Assembly (NCBI GenBank): GCA_963806225.1
Contig: CAWDXG010000001.1
Location: 864,001-928,000 of the forward strand
Direction of reading: 5' to 3'
DNA: 64,000 nucleotides
Source of the DNA: an uncultured delta proteobacterium
GTDB lineage: Bacteria > Myxococcota_A > Polyangia > Polyangiales > Polyangiaceae
Shown here piece by piece: positions 55,619 through 64,000 of this stretch. The stretch's first letter is position 1. Each line of letters starts with the position of its first letter. Below the pieces are notes generated by a model. The model was not told the origin of the DNA. It made no database searches and saw only the letters and a list, made by a program, of their open reading frames with translations. The translations under genes and the position numbers were made by a program.

Positions 55619-56328
55619 AAGGGCGGCGGAAAGAACGCCAGCCCCACGCCGACGGCCGACACCAAGGCCAGGAGTGACACGCTGCCTAGCGCCCAGCCGT
55701 GGGCCTGGAGCCCCGTGCCGAAAATGGAGCGGTGCGCCACGCTGATCGCGTAGCCGCTGGCTGTGGACAGGGTGGCCATGCCCCACAGTGCGATGCGGTG
55801 GACGACGGCGAGCTCGGCGAGGCCGAGCTCGAGCCGCCGGCGGAGCATCGCGTGGTAGCGGAAGCACTCGTACGACAGCCACGCCGGGCCGAGGCCGCGC
55901 GCCGCGAGGCCGAGCGGGACGATCGGGCCCGAGATGGGACTTCCGTCGGCGTAGTGCAGGAACTGGCCCGAACCGATCTCCGCGAGCAGCGCGCCGAGCA
56001 TCAGAGCGAGCACAACACCGGCGAGCCCCTTCGCCCAGCTCTCTCGCGGGTGGAACACGCGCCAGGCAAACACGACGAGGGCGCCGCAACCGATGTACTC
56101 CGCGCACAGCGCTGAAACGGCTAGCGGGTGCGGCGCGCCTGCACCTACCGCAGACAGCCGCGCCGTCATACCGAGGGCGAAACCAAGGACGCCGATGCAC
56201 CACAGTGCGATGGTGAGCAGGAGCTCCGGCAGCTGATGCGTGCGCCGCCACAAGAGCAGCAGCCGCGTGCCGACTGCGGCCGACGTCAGCATGAACACGC
56301 CGACGCCCAGGATGCTCAGGGCCTTCAC
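55591..56328 (-). CDS. Hypothetical membrane protein with about 7 TM segments
   Basis: Seven hydrophobic segments, C-terminal FFPP.FYRRW; GTG start overlapping the upstream gene stop. Confidence 0.7.
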   Translation of the reverse strand: MKALSILGVGVFMLTSAAVGTRLLLLWRRTHQLPELLLTIALWCIGVLGFALGMTARLSAVGAGAPHPLAVSALCAEYIGCGALVVFAWRVFHPRESWAKGLAGVVLALMLGALLAEIGSGQFLHYADGSPISGPIVPLGLAARGLGPAWLSYECFRYHAMLRRRLELGLAELAVVHRIALWGMATLSTASGYAISVAHRSIFGTGLQAHGWALGSVSLLALVSAVGVGLAFFPPPFYRRWVGEE

Positions 56329-56660
56329 TTCTTCTTCTCCGGTGGCGGGTGGCCGCCCAGGCGCTCGAAGACGTCGTAGGCCGACTCGGCGGACTCGAGC
56401 CGGTGTTCTGCGGCCGCGCGCGCAAGGGCGGGGGCGAGCTCGGTCGACAGGCTGTCCGCGTCGTCGATGCCGCGCACCTTCAGCGCTGCAGGCATGAGCC
56501 GGCGGATGACGACGTCCATCTGTGCGGCGGTCACGCTTCCTGGCTCGAGACCCGCCTGCTTCAAGAGGAGGCGGACCGTGCCGCGCGCTTCGAGCCGGCT
56601 GAGCGGCGTCCGGCGCTGCAGTTCCGAGCTGACCCATTCGAAGACAGGGGAAACCGCCAT
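56325..56660 (-). CDS. Small hypothetical helical protein
   Basis: L.RLEARGTVRL.LK.AG, VF.RLGG; GTGA overlap with the 7TM gene. Confidence 0.65.
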   Translation of the reverse strand: MAVSPVFEWVSSELQRRTPLSRLEARGTVRLLLKQAGLEPGSVTAAQMDVVIRRLMPAALKVRGIDDADSLSTELAPALARAAAEHRLESAESAYDVFERLGGHPPPEKKK

Positions 56661-56721
56661 GAAAGTCGGGCGCTTGCGGCGCCGCCCGGGAGGATAGCGG
56701 AAGGCCTCCCACAATCATAGG

Positions 56722-56762
56722 TTGACAGATCGTCAGGAAACTATTATCTGACGAATCGTCAA
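56722..56762. promoter_or_regulatory. Tandem TetR operators overlapping the promoter
   Basis: TGACAGATCGTCA (56723-56735) and TGACGAATCGTCA (56749-56761); the first overlaps a perfect TTGACA. Confidence 0.7.
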
Positions 56763-56765
56763 ACG

Positions 56766-57368
56766 ATGGCCCGCCTTCCTGAACCGGAAAAACGCCGCGA
56801 TCTGGCCCGCAGGGCCGTGGCGGTTCTGCAGCGCGAGGGGCTGGAGGTCTCGATGAGCCGGCTGGCGCAGGCGCTGGAGGTCAAGCGGCCGACGCTGCTC
56901 TACCACTTCCCATCGCGCAGCCATATCGTGGAGATTGCGCTCGAGGATCTGCTCAGTGAGCAGGCCGGGTTTGTATTGAAGCGCATCGCCGAGCACACGC
57001 ACCCGATCGACCAACTGTACGCGCAGCTCTGCGCCGTGCACGAGTTCCACCGCGGGCGAGAGGGGCGCGTGGTGTTCCTGAGCCAGGCGATTGCCACCAG
57101 CGCTGGCACGCGCATGGAGGCGATCATCAACGTCGGCAACCGCGTGTTCGAGCCGTATCGCCGCGCCGCGGCCGACAGGATCCGGCAGGGGATCCGCGAC
57201 GGTATCGTCAAGCCCTGCGACCCGGACGCACTGATCGCGCTCATCCGCGCAGTGACGGACGGTTTGATGGTCCAGCGCGTGATGACGGGACTCGAGCTCG
57301 AGCCCGTCCACGAGCTGCTCTGGACGGGGCTTCTCGCCCCGTTGAAGAAGGAACCGGAGGCATCATGA
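56766..57368 (+). CDS. TetR/AcrR-family transcriptional regulator
   Basis: HTH SMSRLAQALEVKRPTLLYHFPSR. Confidence 0.9.
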   Translation: MARLPEPEKRRDLARRAVAVLQREGLEVSMSRLAQALEVKRPTLLYHFPSRSHIVEIALEDLLSEQAGFVLKRIAEHTHPIDQLYAQLCAVHEFHRGREGRVVFLSQAIATSAGTRMEAIINVGNRVFEPYRRAAADRIRQGIRDGIVKPCDPDALIALIRAVTDGLMVQRVMTGLELEPVHELLWTGLLAPLKKEPEAS

Positions 57369-58786
57369 ACACTGCACTTCCCGAAAAGGGTCGGAGTCGC
57401 GACGAGGTTCTCGCCGCGCTCACCGACCAGCGAGCCCAGGATCTGGAGAGCAACGGCAGCGCCTTCGCGTTCGTGTACGACGCTGGCGAGCCGCTGAGAG
57501 CGCTGGCCCGCGAGGCCTTCGCCGCGTGCATGCCGATCAACGGTCTCGACCCCACCGTGTATCCGTCGGCGCGTCGCATCGAGACCAACGTCGTGCATGC
57601 GGCGCTGGAGCTGCTCAACGCTCCGGAGGGCGCCTGCGGAACCGCGACCGCAGGTGGCACCGAAAGCGTGATGCTCGCCGTGAAGAGCGCCCGCGACTTC
57701 ATGAAAGGGCGCACGAAGACTCCGAAGATGCTCCTGCCGGAGACCGCGCATGCCTGTTTCCACAAGGCCGCGCACTATCTCGGCGTCGAGGTCGTGGTGG
57801 TCGGCGTGGACCCGGTGACGTTCCGGGCAAACGTCGACGACGCACGAGCCAAGATGAGCGATGACGTGATCCTCGTGGTGGGTTCGGCGCCGAGCTACGC
57901 GCACGGCGTCATCGACCCCATCGAGGAGCTGGCCCGGCTTGCGAAGGAGCACGATGTGCTGATGCACGTCGATGCCTGCGTCGGCGGGTTCGTGCTGCCC
58001 TTCATGCGCGAGAACGGCGTGAAGCTACCGCCTTTCGATTTCGCCGTCGACGGCGTGACGAGCATCTCGGCGGACGTGCACAAGTACGGCTTCGCGCCGA
58101 AGGGGATATCCGTGCTCCTGCAGCGGCGCCGCGAGCTGCGCGACGCGCAGTACTACGCCTGCGCGAACTGGAGCGGCTACGCCATCGTCAACTCCACCAC
58201 ACTCGGCTCCAAGTCCGTCGCCGCCATGGGCGCGGCGTTCGCCGTGATGGGCGCGCTGGGCCACGAGGGCTATCGCGAACGGGCGAAAGCGATGTGGGAC
58301 GCCACAGGCAAGCTCGTGACAACTATCGACGAGCTGGACGGCGTCCACATGGTCGGTCGCCCCGATATGAACCTGTTCGCCTTCACCACCGACGAGGGCG
58401 ACGTGTTCGAGCTTGCCGATCGTCTGACCGAGCGCGGTTGGCACGTACAGCCCACCTACGCCTATGGTCGATCGCCCGCGCACATCCACCTGACGCTGGA
58501 TCCGGGCAACGCGGCGCGGGTCGATGCGTTCATCGAGGATCTGCGCGCGAGCGTCGTCGAGCTGCCGCCCACCCAGGCGCCGCCGGAGGGCGTGGTCGCG
58601 ATGCTGGAACAGATCGGCGCTGGTGGCGCCGGGGGTATCGATCCCGGCGCGCTGATGGCCGAGCTCGGCATCACCGACGGTCAGCTGCCCGAGAGGTCCG
58701 GCATGATCCACCGCCTCATCAATGCCGCGTCCCCCGGTGCGCGGGAGCAGCTCTTGATTCTCTTCATCGGGGAGCTGTTCGCATGA
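57365..58786 (+). CDS. Sphingosine-1-phosphate lyase-like PLP-dependent enzyme
   Basis: N.LDP.VYP, TAGGTES, AH..F.KAA, GSAP.Y.HG.IDPI, HVDACVGG, SIS.D.HKYG.APKG. Confidence 0.82.
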   Translation: MNTALPEKGRSRDEVLAALTDQRAQDLESNGSAFAFVYDAGEPLRALAREAFAACMPINGLDPTVYPSARRIETNVVHAALELLNAPEGACGTATAGGTESVMLAVKSARDFMKGRTKTPKMLLPETAHACFHKAAHYLGVEVVVVGVDPVTFRANVDDARAKMSDDVILVVGSAPSYAHGVIDPIEELARLAKEHDVLMHVDACVGGFVLPFMRENGVKLPPFDFAVDGVTSISADVHKYGFAPKGISVLLQRRRELRDAQYYACANWSGYAIVNSTTLGSKSVAAMGAAFAVMGALGHEGYRERAKAMWDATGKLVTTIDELDGVHMVGRPDMNLFAFTTDEGDVFELADRLTERGWHVQPTYAYGRSPAHIHLTLDPGNAARVDAFIEDLRASVVELPPTQAPPEGVVAMLEQIGAGGAGGIDPGALMAELGITDGQLPERSGMIHRLINAASPGAREQLLILFIGELFA

Positions 58787-60366
58787 GGCGCATCGAGCTG
58801 GGACGGGGAGGACAGCCGCTCCGCATCGCGTACGGCCGCATCTTCCACGAAGCCAACGCCTTCTCGCCGCTCCGCACGGAGCGCGCCGACTTCGAGCGTC
58901 TGCATCACCTGGAGGGCGAAGCCCTCGCCCAGGCCTGCACGCTGCGCGGCGTGGAGCTCATGAGCTTCATGCCGCATGCAGAGCTCACCGGCTTCGTGCA
59001 GGCGGCGCGCCTCGCCGGCGGCGTGGAGACCGTGCCCCTCACGTCATCGCTGGCCGTGCCGAGCGGGCCGCTCACGCGCGAGTGCTTCGATTCCATACTG
59101 GACGGGCTCATCGGTCGGCTTTCGCAAGCCGGGAAGCTCGACGGCGTGTACCTGGCGCTGCACGGCTCGATGCAGGTCGACGACCTTCCGGAAGCGCCGG
59201 AAGCGGCGATCCTGCGCCGCGTGCGCGAGGTCGTCGGCGGCGGCGTCAAGGTCGCTGCGAGCTACGACCTGCACGCCAACCTCTCGCCCGGAATGGTCGG
59301 CGCGACGGACATCATGCAGGCGTATCGCACGAACCCGCACTGGGACCTGGCTCCGACGGGCTTCCGCGCGGGCAATCGCTTGATCCGCGCGCTGCGCGGG
59401 CAGGTGCGGCCCGTGCACGCCTGGCGCAAGCTGCCGATGGTGCTCGGCGGCGGCATCACCATCGATTTCTTCGCGCCCATGCGCGCCATCTTCCGCTGGA
59501 TGAAGCGCATCGAGCGCGATCCGCGCGTCTTGAACGTCAGCCTGTTCATGGTCCACCCCTACACGGCCGCCGAGGATCTCGGCTGGGCCGTGCACGTCTG
59601 CACAGATGGCGATCAGGCGCTCGCCGAGAGTCTGGCGACAGAGCTCGCCGATCGGGCCTGGGCCGAGCGCAAGGCAGCCCTACCTCCAATGCGGCAGGTG
59701 GACGAGGCGCTCGACGAGGTGCGCTCGTCGCTCTGGCGCCGGCTGGGTCCGGTGACGCTCGTCGACGTGGACGATATCGTCGGCGCCGGCGCACCCGGGG
59801 GGAACACCCACTTCGTCCAGGCGCTGGTGCGCGACGACCGCGGTCTCCGCGCCTTCGTGCCGGTGCACGACCCGGCGCTGGTCGACGAGGCCTGGGACGC
59901 TCCGATCGGGGCGCGCCGCTCGCTCGTGCTCTCGGGCACGCCCGGCTACGACCAGCCCGAGGTGTCACTCGACGCGACCATCGCAGCGCGCGCCGAGACC
60001 GAGTTCGGCCGCACGTTGCGCCTCGACGTGGGCTCGTTCCACGTGGCGGTGACCGAGCGGCCTCCGCTGCCGATCCACCCGCGTTTCTGGGCGGACCTGG
60101 GACTCTCGGCGCGCGACGCAGACCTGATCGTGCAGAAGAACTTCTTCCACTACCGGATGTTCTACGCCACGACGTCGTTCCGGCACCTGCCGGTCGTCAG
60201 CGCCGGGGCGACCAGCCTCGAGCGCGTGCGCACGCGCAGCTACCGCGTGCCGACTTTCCCGGGAGTCGACGTGGCCGACTGGCGCGAGCACGATCCGGAG
60301 CTCCGGCGCGGCGGCTTCGCCACCGGGTCCAAAAACGCCGCACGGGCGACGGCCGCGGGAGGCTAG
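58783..60366 (+). CDS. MlrC-like (M81) metallo-amidohydrolase
   Basis: HE.NAFSP, LALHGSM, DLHAN, YRTNPH.D, D..D..GAGA.G. Confidence 0.85.
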   Translation: MRRIELGRGGQPLRIAYGRIFHEANAFSPLRTERADFERLHHLEGEALAQACTLRGVELMSFMPHAELTGFVQAARLAGGVETVPLTSSLAVPSGPLTRECFDSILDGLIGRLSQAGKLDGVYLALHGSMQVDDLPEAPEAAILRRVREVVGGGVKVAASYDLHANLSPGMVGATDIMQAYRTNPHWDLAPTGFRAGNRLIRALRGQVRPVHAWRKLPMVLGGGITIDFFAPMRAIFRWMKRIERDPRVLNVSLFMVHPYTAAEDLGWAVHVCTDGDQALAESLATELADRAWAERKAALPPMRQVDEALDEVRSSLWRRLGPVTLVDVDDIVGAGAPGGNTHFVQALVRDDRGLRAFVPVHDPALVDEAWDAPIGARRSLVLSGTPGYDQPEVSLDATIAARAETEFGRTLRLDVGSFHVAVTERPPLPIHPRFWADLGLSARDADLIVQKNFFHYRMFYATTSFRHLPVVSAGATSLERVRTRSYRVPTFPGVDVADWREHDPELRRGGFATGSKNAARATAAGG

Positions 60367-60881
60367 GGGATCGCGTCGAGACAGGCGGAGATCTGGTCGC
60401 AGGGCTTCGACAGGCAATCGGCTACCTGCTGCCGCCCGGATGCGGTCATCAAGGCCACGCTGCCGCAGATGTCGTCGACGAAGCTGTTCTGGCACTCGTT
60501 GTAGCGGTTCTCGCAGCTCTGCCGGTCCGCATCCTGCTGCCAGTCCGGCGCGACCTGGTTGGCCGCGGTGAGCGTGCAATCGTCCGTGTTCGTCGAGCAG
60601 TCGGCTTTGTCCACACAGGTCGCGTAGGCCTGGAGGAAGTCCTGCCGGTATTTGGCGGGAGCACCGAGCTGCTGCAGGCAATCGGTGTTGCAGGTTGGAG
60701 CGGCCGTCCCGCACTGCGTCTGGTGATTGCATATCGCTGTGCACAGGCTCTGCGCGTCCGCCGCGGTGCCTGCGGCGCCCCCGCCGCCGATGGTCCCGGA
60801 TTGGCCGCTGCCTCCACTGCTACAGCCGACGACCAGCGCGGCGATCAGTGCACCCACAACCCGCGTTGCGCCTCCAGCCAT
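60363..60881 (-). CDS. Cys-rich lipoprotein
   Basis: Lipobox VVGC; two helical Cys-rich repeats. Confidence 0.72.
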   Translation of the reverse strand: MAGGATRVVGALIAALVVGCSSGGSGQSGTIGGGGAAGTAADAQSLCTAICNHQTQCGTAAPTCNTDCLQQLGAPAKYRQDFLQAYATCVDKADCSTNTDDCTLTAANQVAPDWQQDADRQSCENRYNECQNSFVDDICGSVALMTASGRQQVADCLSKPCDQISACLDAIP

Positions 60882-60924
60882 ACAGGCACGATAGCGCCGC
60901 GGTCGGGCGCCTGGCTAGTGCTAC

Positions 60925-61515
60925 CTAGTCGACGCACAGGTACTGCACGGCGCGCAGCGGACCGGCGGGCGTCGGCTTTTCCACGATGATGCCGCTGCAG
61001 CCGAAGGTCACGTAGTGCCTGGAGCAGTGGCCGTGGAACCTGGCGTTCACCTGCGGACATTCCCTGGACTGGTCCCGGGCGTGCGCCGGATCCGCCAGGC
61101 ATTCCGCGACGCAGTCGCGCGGGCTCTCGCAGGGCTTGCCCGCGTCCGGCGTGCGGCACAGGCAGCCCGCTATACCCGCGAGCCCATGTCGCCCCCAGTC
61201 GCCTTTGCAGCGCGCACATTCGGCCGGGGTCTTCGCCTGCACGGTGTTCTGCGATCCGCGCCTCACCACGTCCGAACCCCGGAGCTGCTCGCAGTGCCCC
61301 GCGTCGTGCGCCGCGGCCGCTTCCGGCTTGCGCGCCGGCAGCGCCGACGACGACGAGGTGGAAGCCACCGGTGCTGCGGGCGGCGGTGTCGCGACGCTGA
61401 CGACCGGCGCGCTGGCGCGGTCGGCGGGGGGCGGGCTCCCGGGGTGACTCGGAGTGCAGGCGAAGAGCAGGGCTGCTGTCGCCAGCTCCGCAAGGACGAG
61501 ACGTCGTCGTGCCAC
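60925..61515 (-). CDS. Cys-rich lipoprotein
   Basis: Lipobox LFAC; C..C.G.W...G....C.C.T.DAGK.C....DC. Confidence 0.7.
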   Translation of the reverse strand: MARRRLVLAELATAALLFACTPSHPGSPPPADRASAPVVSVATPPPAAPVASTSSSSALPARKPEAAAAHDAGHCEQLRGSDVVRRGSQNTVQAKTPAECARCKGDWGRHGLAGIAGCLCRTPDAGKPCESPRDCVAECLADPAHARDQSRECPQVNARFHGHCSRHYVTFGCSGIIVEKPTPAGPLRAVQYLCVD

Positions 61516-61537
61516 GAGCCCAGCCTAGCACCGCGCG

Positions 61538-63007
61538 CTAGCGCGACGCGAAGTAGATACCGCTGCCGTACACGCCGCCGAGCTCGGCGGCGACGTACTG
61601 CTTCCCATCCGGCGCCACGTAGAAGGACAGTCCCTGGGTGCCGCCGTAGAACGTGAACGCCGTGCTCGCCGTCAGCGGCAGCATCTTCGGGGAGACCAGC
61701 TTGTCGTTCTCGATGTCCGCGTAGTAGAGGCGCAGGTTCGGTGTGGGATCGGTCGTGAACGAGCGCTGGAACACTGCGTGCAGCCGCCCCATGCAGTCGA
61801 TCGAGAGCGCGACGGAGTGCCCGACCGAGTCGTTCGGGTAGCCGGAGGGCGGCTTCGAGAGCGTGACCGACGAGAACCCACTCGATGTGCGACGGGCCAG
61901 CTGCAGGCTCTTCGTCGCGCGGAGGTAGTACGCGATCACGGGCTTTCCCGCGTCGAGCACAATCGAAACCGTGTCGCCCGTGTCGGACGAGGAGCCCCAG
62001 GTATCGTTTGCCACCTTTTCGGTCTTCCAGCCGTTCGACGTGCGCGTCGCGTAGTGCACGGTGCGCGTCTTGTTCGATTCGAGCGTCACATAGGCGACGT
62101 GCGGAACGCCGCTCGAATCGAGCACCATCGACGTGGAGCCGAGCTCCCAGGCGGAGTCGATGGTCTCGGGTGTTCCGGCGGTGCTGTTCACCTCCACCCA
62201 GTGCAGCGTGCCGCCCTCCCCGTAGATCACCTGCTGGACGCCGCCCGATGCCGCAATGGCCACGCCGTTGCCGGCTTTCGGTGCGATCGTGCGATCGGAG
62301 AGCGACTTGCACTGCAGGTGCAGCGTGCCGTCGTAGTCGTAGGTGTACGCGACGCAGGGGTCGGCTCCGTGCGTCGTCGAAAGCGAGCGCGCGATGGACA
62401 GGCCGATGCCGCCGTTGGCGACCCCGTGCGCCGACCAGCTCTTCGCCCCGTCGTGATCCAGGCGTTCGAGATCCGCCGAGTAGAAGCTACCGTTCTGGAA
62501 GAGCTGCGAGGTGAACACGCTCGCGGGCCCGCTCGACGGCACCTGCAGCACCGTGCGGTGCCGCGTCGTGTTCGAGCCTGGCCCGGGCGGACCGTCGAAC
62601 TGGAACGCGCCGGTCGGCACCGGGCAGGTGTCCGTGGGCGAGCCGCCCGCGCCCGAGATGCCGCCTGCACCTGCCGCGCCCGCGCTTCCGCCGGCACCTG
62701 CTATGCCACCATCGCTGCCTGCGGAACCGGCATTGCCGGCTGCGCCCGAGCTGCCGGCGGCGCCTCCGGCACCCGCGCTCGCATCGCTGCCGCCCGCGTC
62801 GGCGAGGCCCGCGTCATTGCCGGCGCTGCCACCCGTTCCCGCGTCATTGCCGGCGCTGCCACCCGTTCCCGCGGTGCCGGCGTCGCTGCCCGCCGTACCC
62901 GCGCTGCCCGCGGCGCCCCCCGAGCCTCCGTTCGAATCCGTGCCGGACGAGCTGCCGCAGGCTGCCGCGAAACCGATCAGGACGACCCAGAAGAATCGAC
63001 TTGTCAC
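61538..63007 (-). CDS. Lipoprotein with Gly/Ala linker and beta-propeller-like domain
   Basis: Lipobox AAAC; GGAAG/DAG linker; repeated LD..G.P.(V/I)AY..L.YA blades. Confidence 0.72.
   Translation of the reverse strand: MTSRFFWVVLIGFAAACGSSSGTDSNGGSGGAAGSAGTAGSDAGTAGTGGSAGNDAGTGGSAGNDAGLADAGGSDASAGAGGAAGSSGAAGNAGSAGSDGGIAGAGGSAGAAGAGGISGAGGSPTDTCPVPTGAFQFDGPPGPGSNTTRHRTVLQVPSSGPASVFTSQLFQNGSFYSADLERLDHDGAKSWSAHGVANGGIGLSIARSLSTTHGADPCVAYTYDYDGTLHLQCKSLSDRTIAPKAGNGVAIAASGGVQQVIYGEGGTLHWVEVNSTAGTPETIDSAWELGSTSMVLDSSGVPHVAYVTLESNKTRTVHYATRTSNGWKTEKVANDTWGSSSDTGDTVSIVLDAGKPVIAYYLRATKSLQLARRTSSGFSSVTLSKPPSGYPNDSVGHSVALSIDCMGRLHAVFQRSFTTDPTPNLRLYYADIENDKLVSPKMLPLTASTAFTFYGGTQGLSFYVAPDGKQYVAAELGGVYGSGIYFASR
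62808..62873. repeat. 30-bp coding tandem repeat, 2.2 copies
   Basis: cccgcgtcattgccggcgctgccacccgtt x2 (TGGSAGNDAG). Confidence 0.88.
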
Positions 63008-63175
63008 ACTCGCCTCACAAGATTTCGATGGCGCGCGCGGGAGCCGCGTGCGCGGCACAGTGTACGGAAGCGCGGGGTCGCCGCTTCCCCTCGCCGCCCG
63101 GGGGCTGCGGGGACGGGCGGGGCGCGCCTGCTCTGGTACCTGGTTGGGTGCGCCCCCAGCCCCGAGCGGCCCAGG

Positions 63176-63217
63176 AACGTAGCAAAATGTCACAAATATG
63201 TGGCATTTTGCTACGTT
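63176..63217. repeat. AT-rich 19-bp inverted repeat
   Basis: AACGTAGCAAAATGTCACA-aata-TGTGGCATTTTGCTACGTT (1 mismatch), immediately after the FDH alpha stop. Confidence 0.85.
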
Positions 63218-63218
63218 T

Positions 63219-63998
63219 TCAAGCTTCGGGCGGCTTGGCGAGCTCGGCGAGGCGGCGCGGCACGTCTGCGTCGGCGGGGCGGCGCCCGCGGACGACGTTC
63301 ACGAGCAGCGCCTTGGACTCGTGGATGGTGACGTTCGGCTCGCCGGACAGCGGGATCAAGTCGTTGACCACATCGCCGCGCACGGGACCCGCCGAGCCCC
63401 AGTGGAAGGGCATGGCGACCTGGTGGACGATTTGTCCGTCGACCATCAGCGGGCGCATACGGCGCGTGACCAGCGCGCGGGCTTCGACGATGCCGCGCGG
63501 TGTTTCCACGGTGACCCAGTCGGTGTTGGCGATGCCGAGCTCGAGCGCGAGCTCGGGCGACAGCTCCACGAACAGCTCGGGCGCGAGCTCGGCCAGGTGG
63601 CTCAGGTAGCGGCTCATCGCGCCGGCCGTGTGGTGCTCGGTGAGGCGGTACGTCGTGAGCACGTAGGGGAAGCGCGGATCGTGCGGTGCGACGAAGGGAT
63701 TGTCGTCGCGCGTGAAGCGGCGCACGGCGGGGTTCGTGCCCTGCTTGTACAGGGCGTTGTCGAGCGGCGACTCGAGTGGCTCGTAGTGCGCCGGCAGCGG
63801 GCCGTCCTTCAGCCCTTCCGGCACGAACAGCCAGCCGAGGCCGTCCTCGTGCAGGATGAACGGCGCGTCGCCCGGCACCGAGTCGAGACCCGTCGCGCCT
63901 CTGGCCGGTACGTAGTCGGGGCGCTTTGCCTTGGGGAAGTCCGGAACGTCCAGGCCGGTCCACTCACCGGCAGCGTTGTCCCACCAGACGAGCTTCTT
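63219..63998 (-). CDS. Formate dehydrogenase alpha subunit (FdnG-like), C-terminal part; 5' end outside the window
   Basis: WTG.DVPDF, DGPLP.HYEP.ESP, FPYVLTTYRLTEHHT, PE.FVE.SP.LA, MPFHWG, IHESKA. Confidence 0.92.
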   Translation of the reverse strand, partial: KKLVWWDNAAGEWTGLDVPDFPKAKRPDYVPARGATGLDSVPGDAPFILHEDGLGWLFVPEGLKDGPLPAHYEPLESPLDNALYKQGTNPAVRRFTRDDNPFVAPHDPRFPYVLTTYRLTEHHTAGAMSRYLSHLAELAPELFVELSPELALELGIANTDWVTVETPRGIVEARALVTRRMRPLMVDGQIVHQVAMPFHWGSAGPVRGDVVNDLIPLSGEPNVTIHESKALLVNVVRGRRPADADVPRRLAELAKPPEA

Positions 63999-64000
63999 TT

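Noticed and set aside
58783..60366. Microcystin degradation (mlr) cluster
   Set aside because: Only an MlrC-family gene; no mlrA, mlrB or mlrD nearby
54637..63218. Mobile element or prophage inserted in the fdh operon
   Set aside because: No integrase, transposase, phage genes or matching terminal repeats seen; composition similar to the flanks

Overview
GC-rich (about 70% by eye) bacterial DNA. Cys-rich lipoproteins with Gly/Ala/'DAG' linkers, a Hanks kinase and overall gene style suggest Myxococcota, probably Polyangia (inference). From left to right: (1) a branched-chain amino acid operon ilvB-ilvN-ilvC-leuA-leuC-leuD-cimA-leuB (minus strand) with a Leu/Val/Ile attenuator upstream; (2) mixed housekeeping and lipoprotein genes, including an orphan bufferin (BufA2)-like lipoprotein; (3) PFOR (nifJ) plus a DHOD-like flavoprotein, a thioredoxin-CcdA-like fusion, ppsA, a signal-less streptavidin-like gene, a GGDEF-hemerythrin protein and a stand-alone tandem PARP-type zinc-finger protein; (4) the most notable feature, a 16-gene, 13.9-kb tightly coupled operon in which a Na+-type N-ATPase (atpDCQRBEFAG) runs directly into a group 3b [NiFe] hydrogenase cluster (hyhB-cNMP-hyhG-hyhS-hyhL-protease-hypF), preceded co-directionally by lon and by formate dehydrogenase beta/NrfD genes; (5) an 8.5-kb block separating the FDH alpha gene from its beta subunit, containing a TetR / sphingosine-1-phosphate-lyase-like / MlrC operon. 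Many short indels (leuC, nifJ, ppsA, hyhG, lon and others) look like long-read assembly errors rather than true pseudogenes. No rRNA, tRNA, CRISPR array or transposase was recognised. All family assignments come from motif recognition; no database searches were run.
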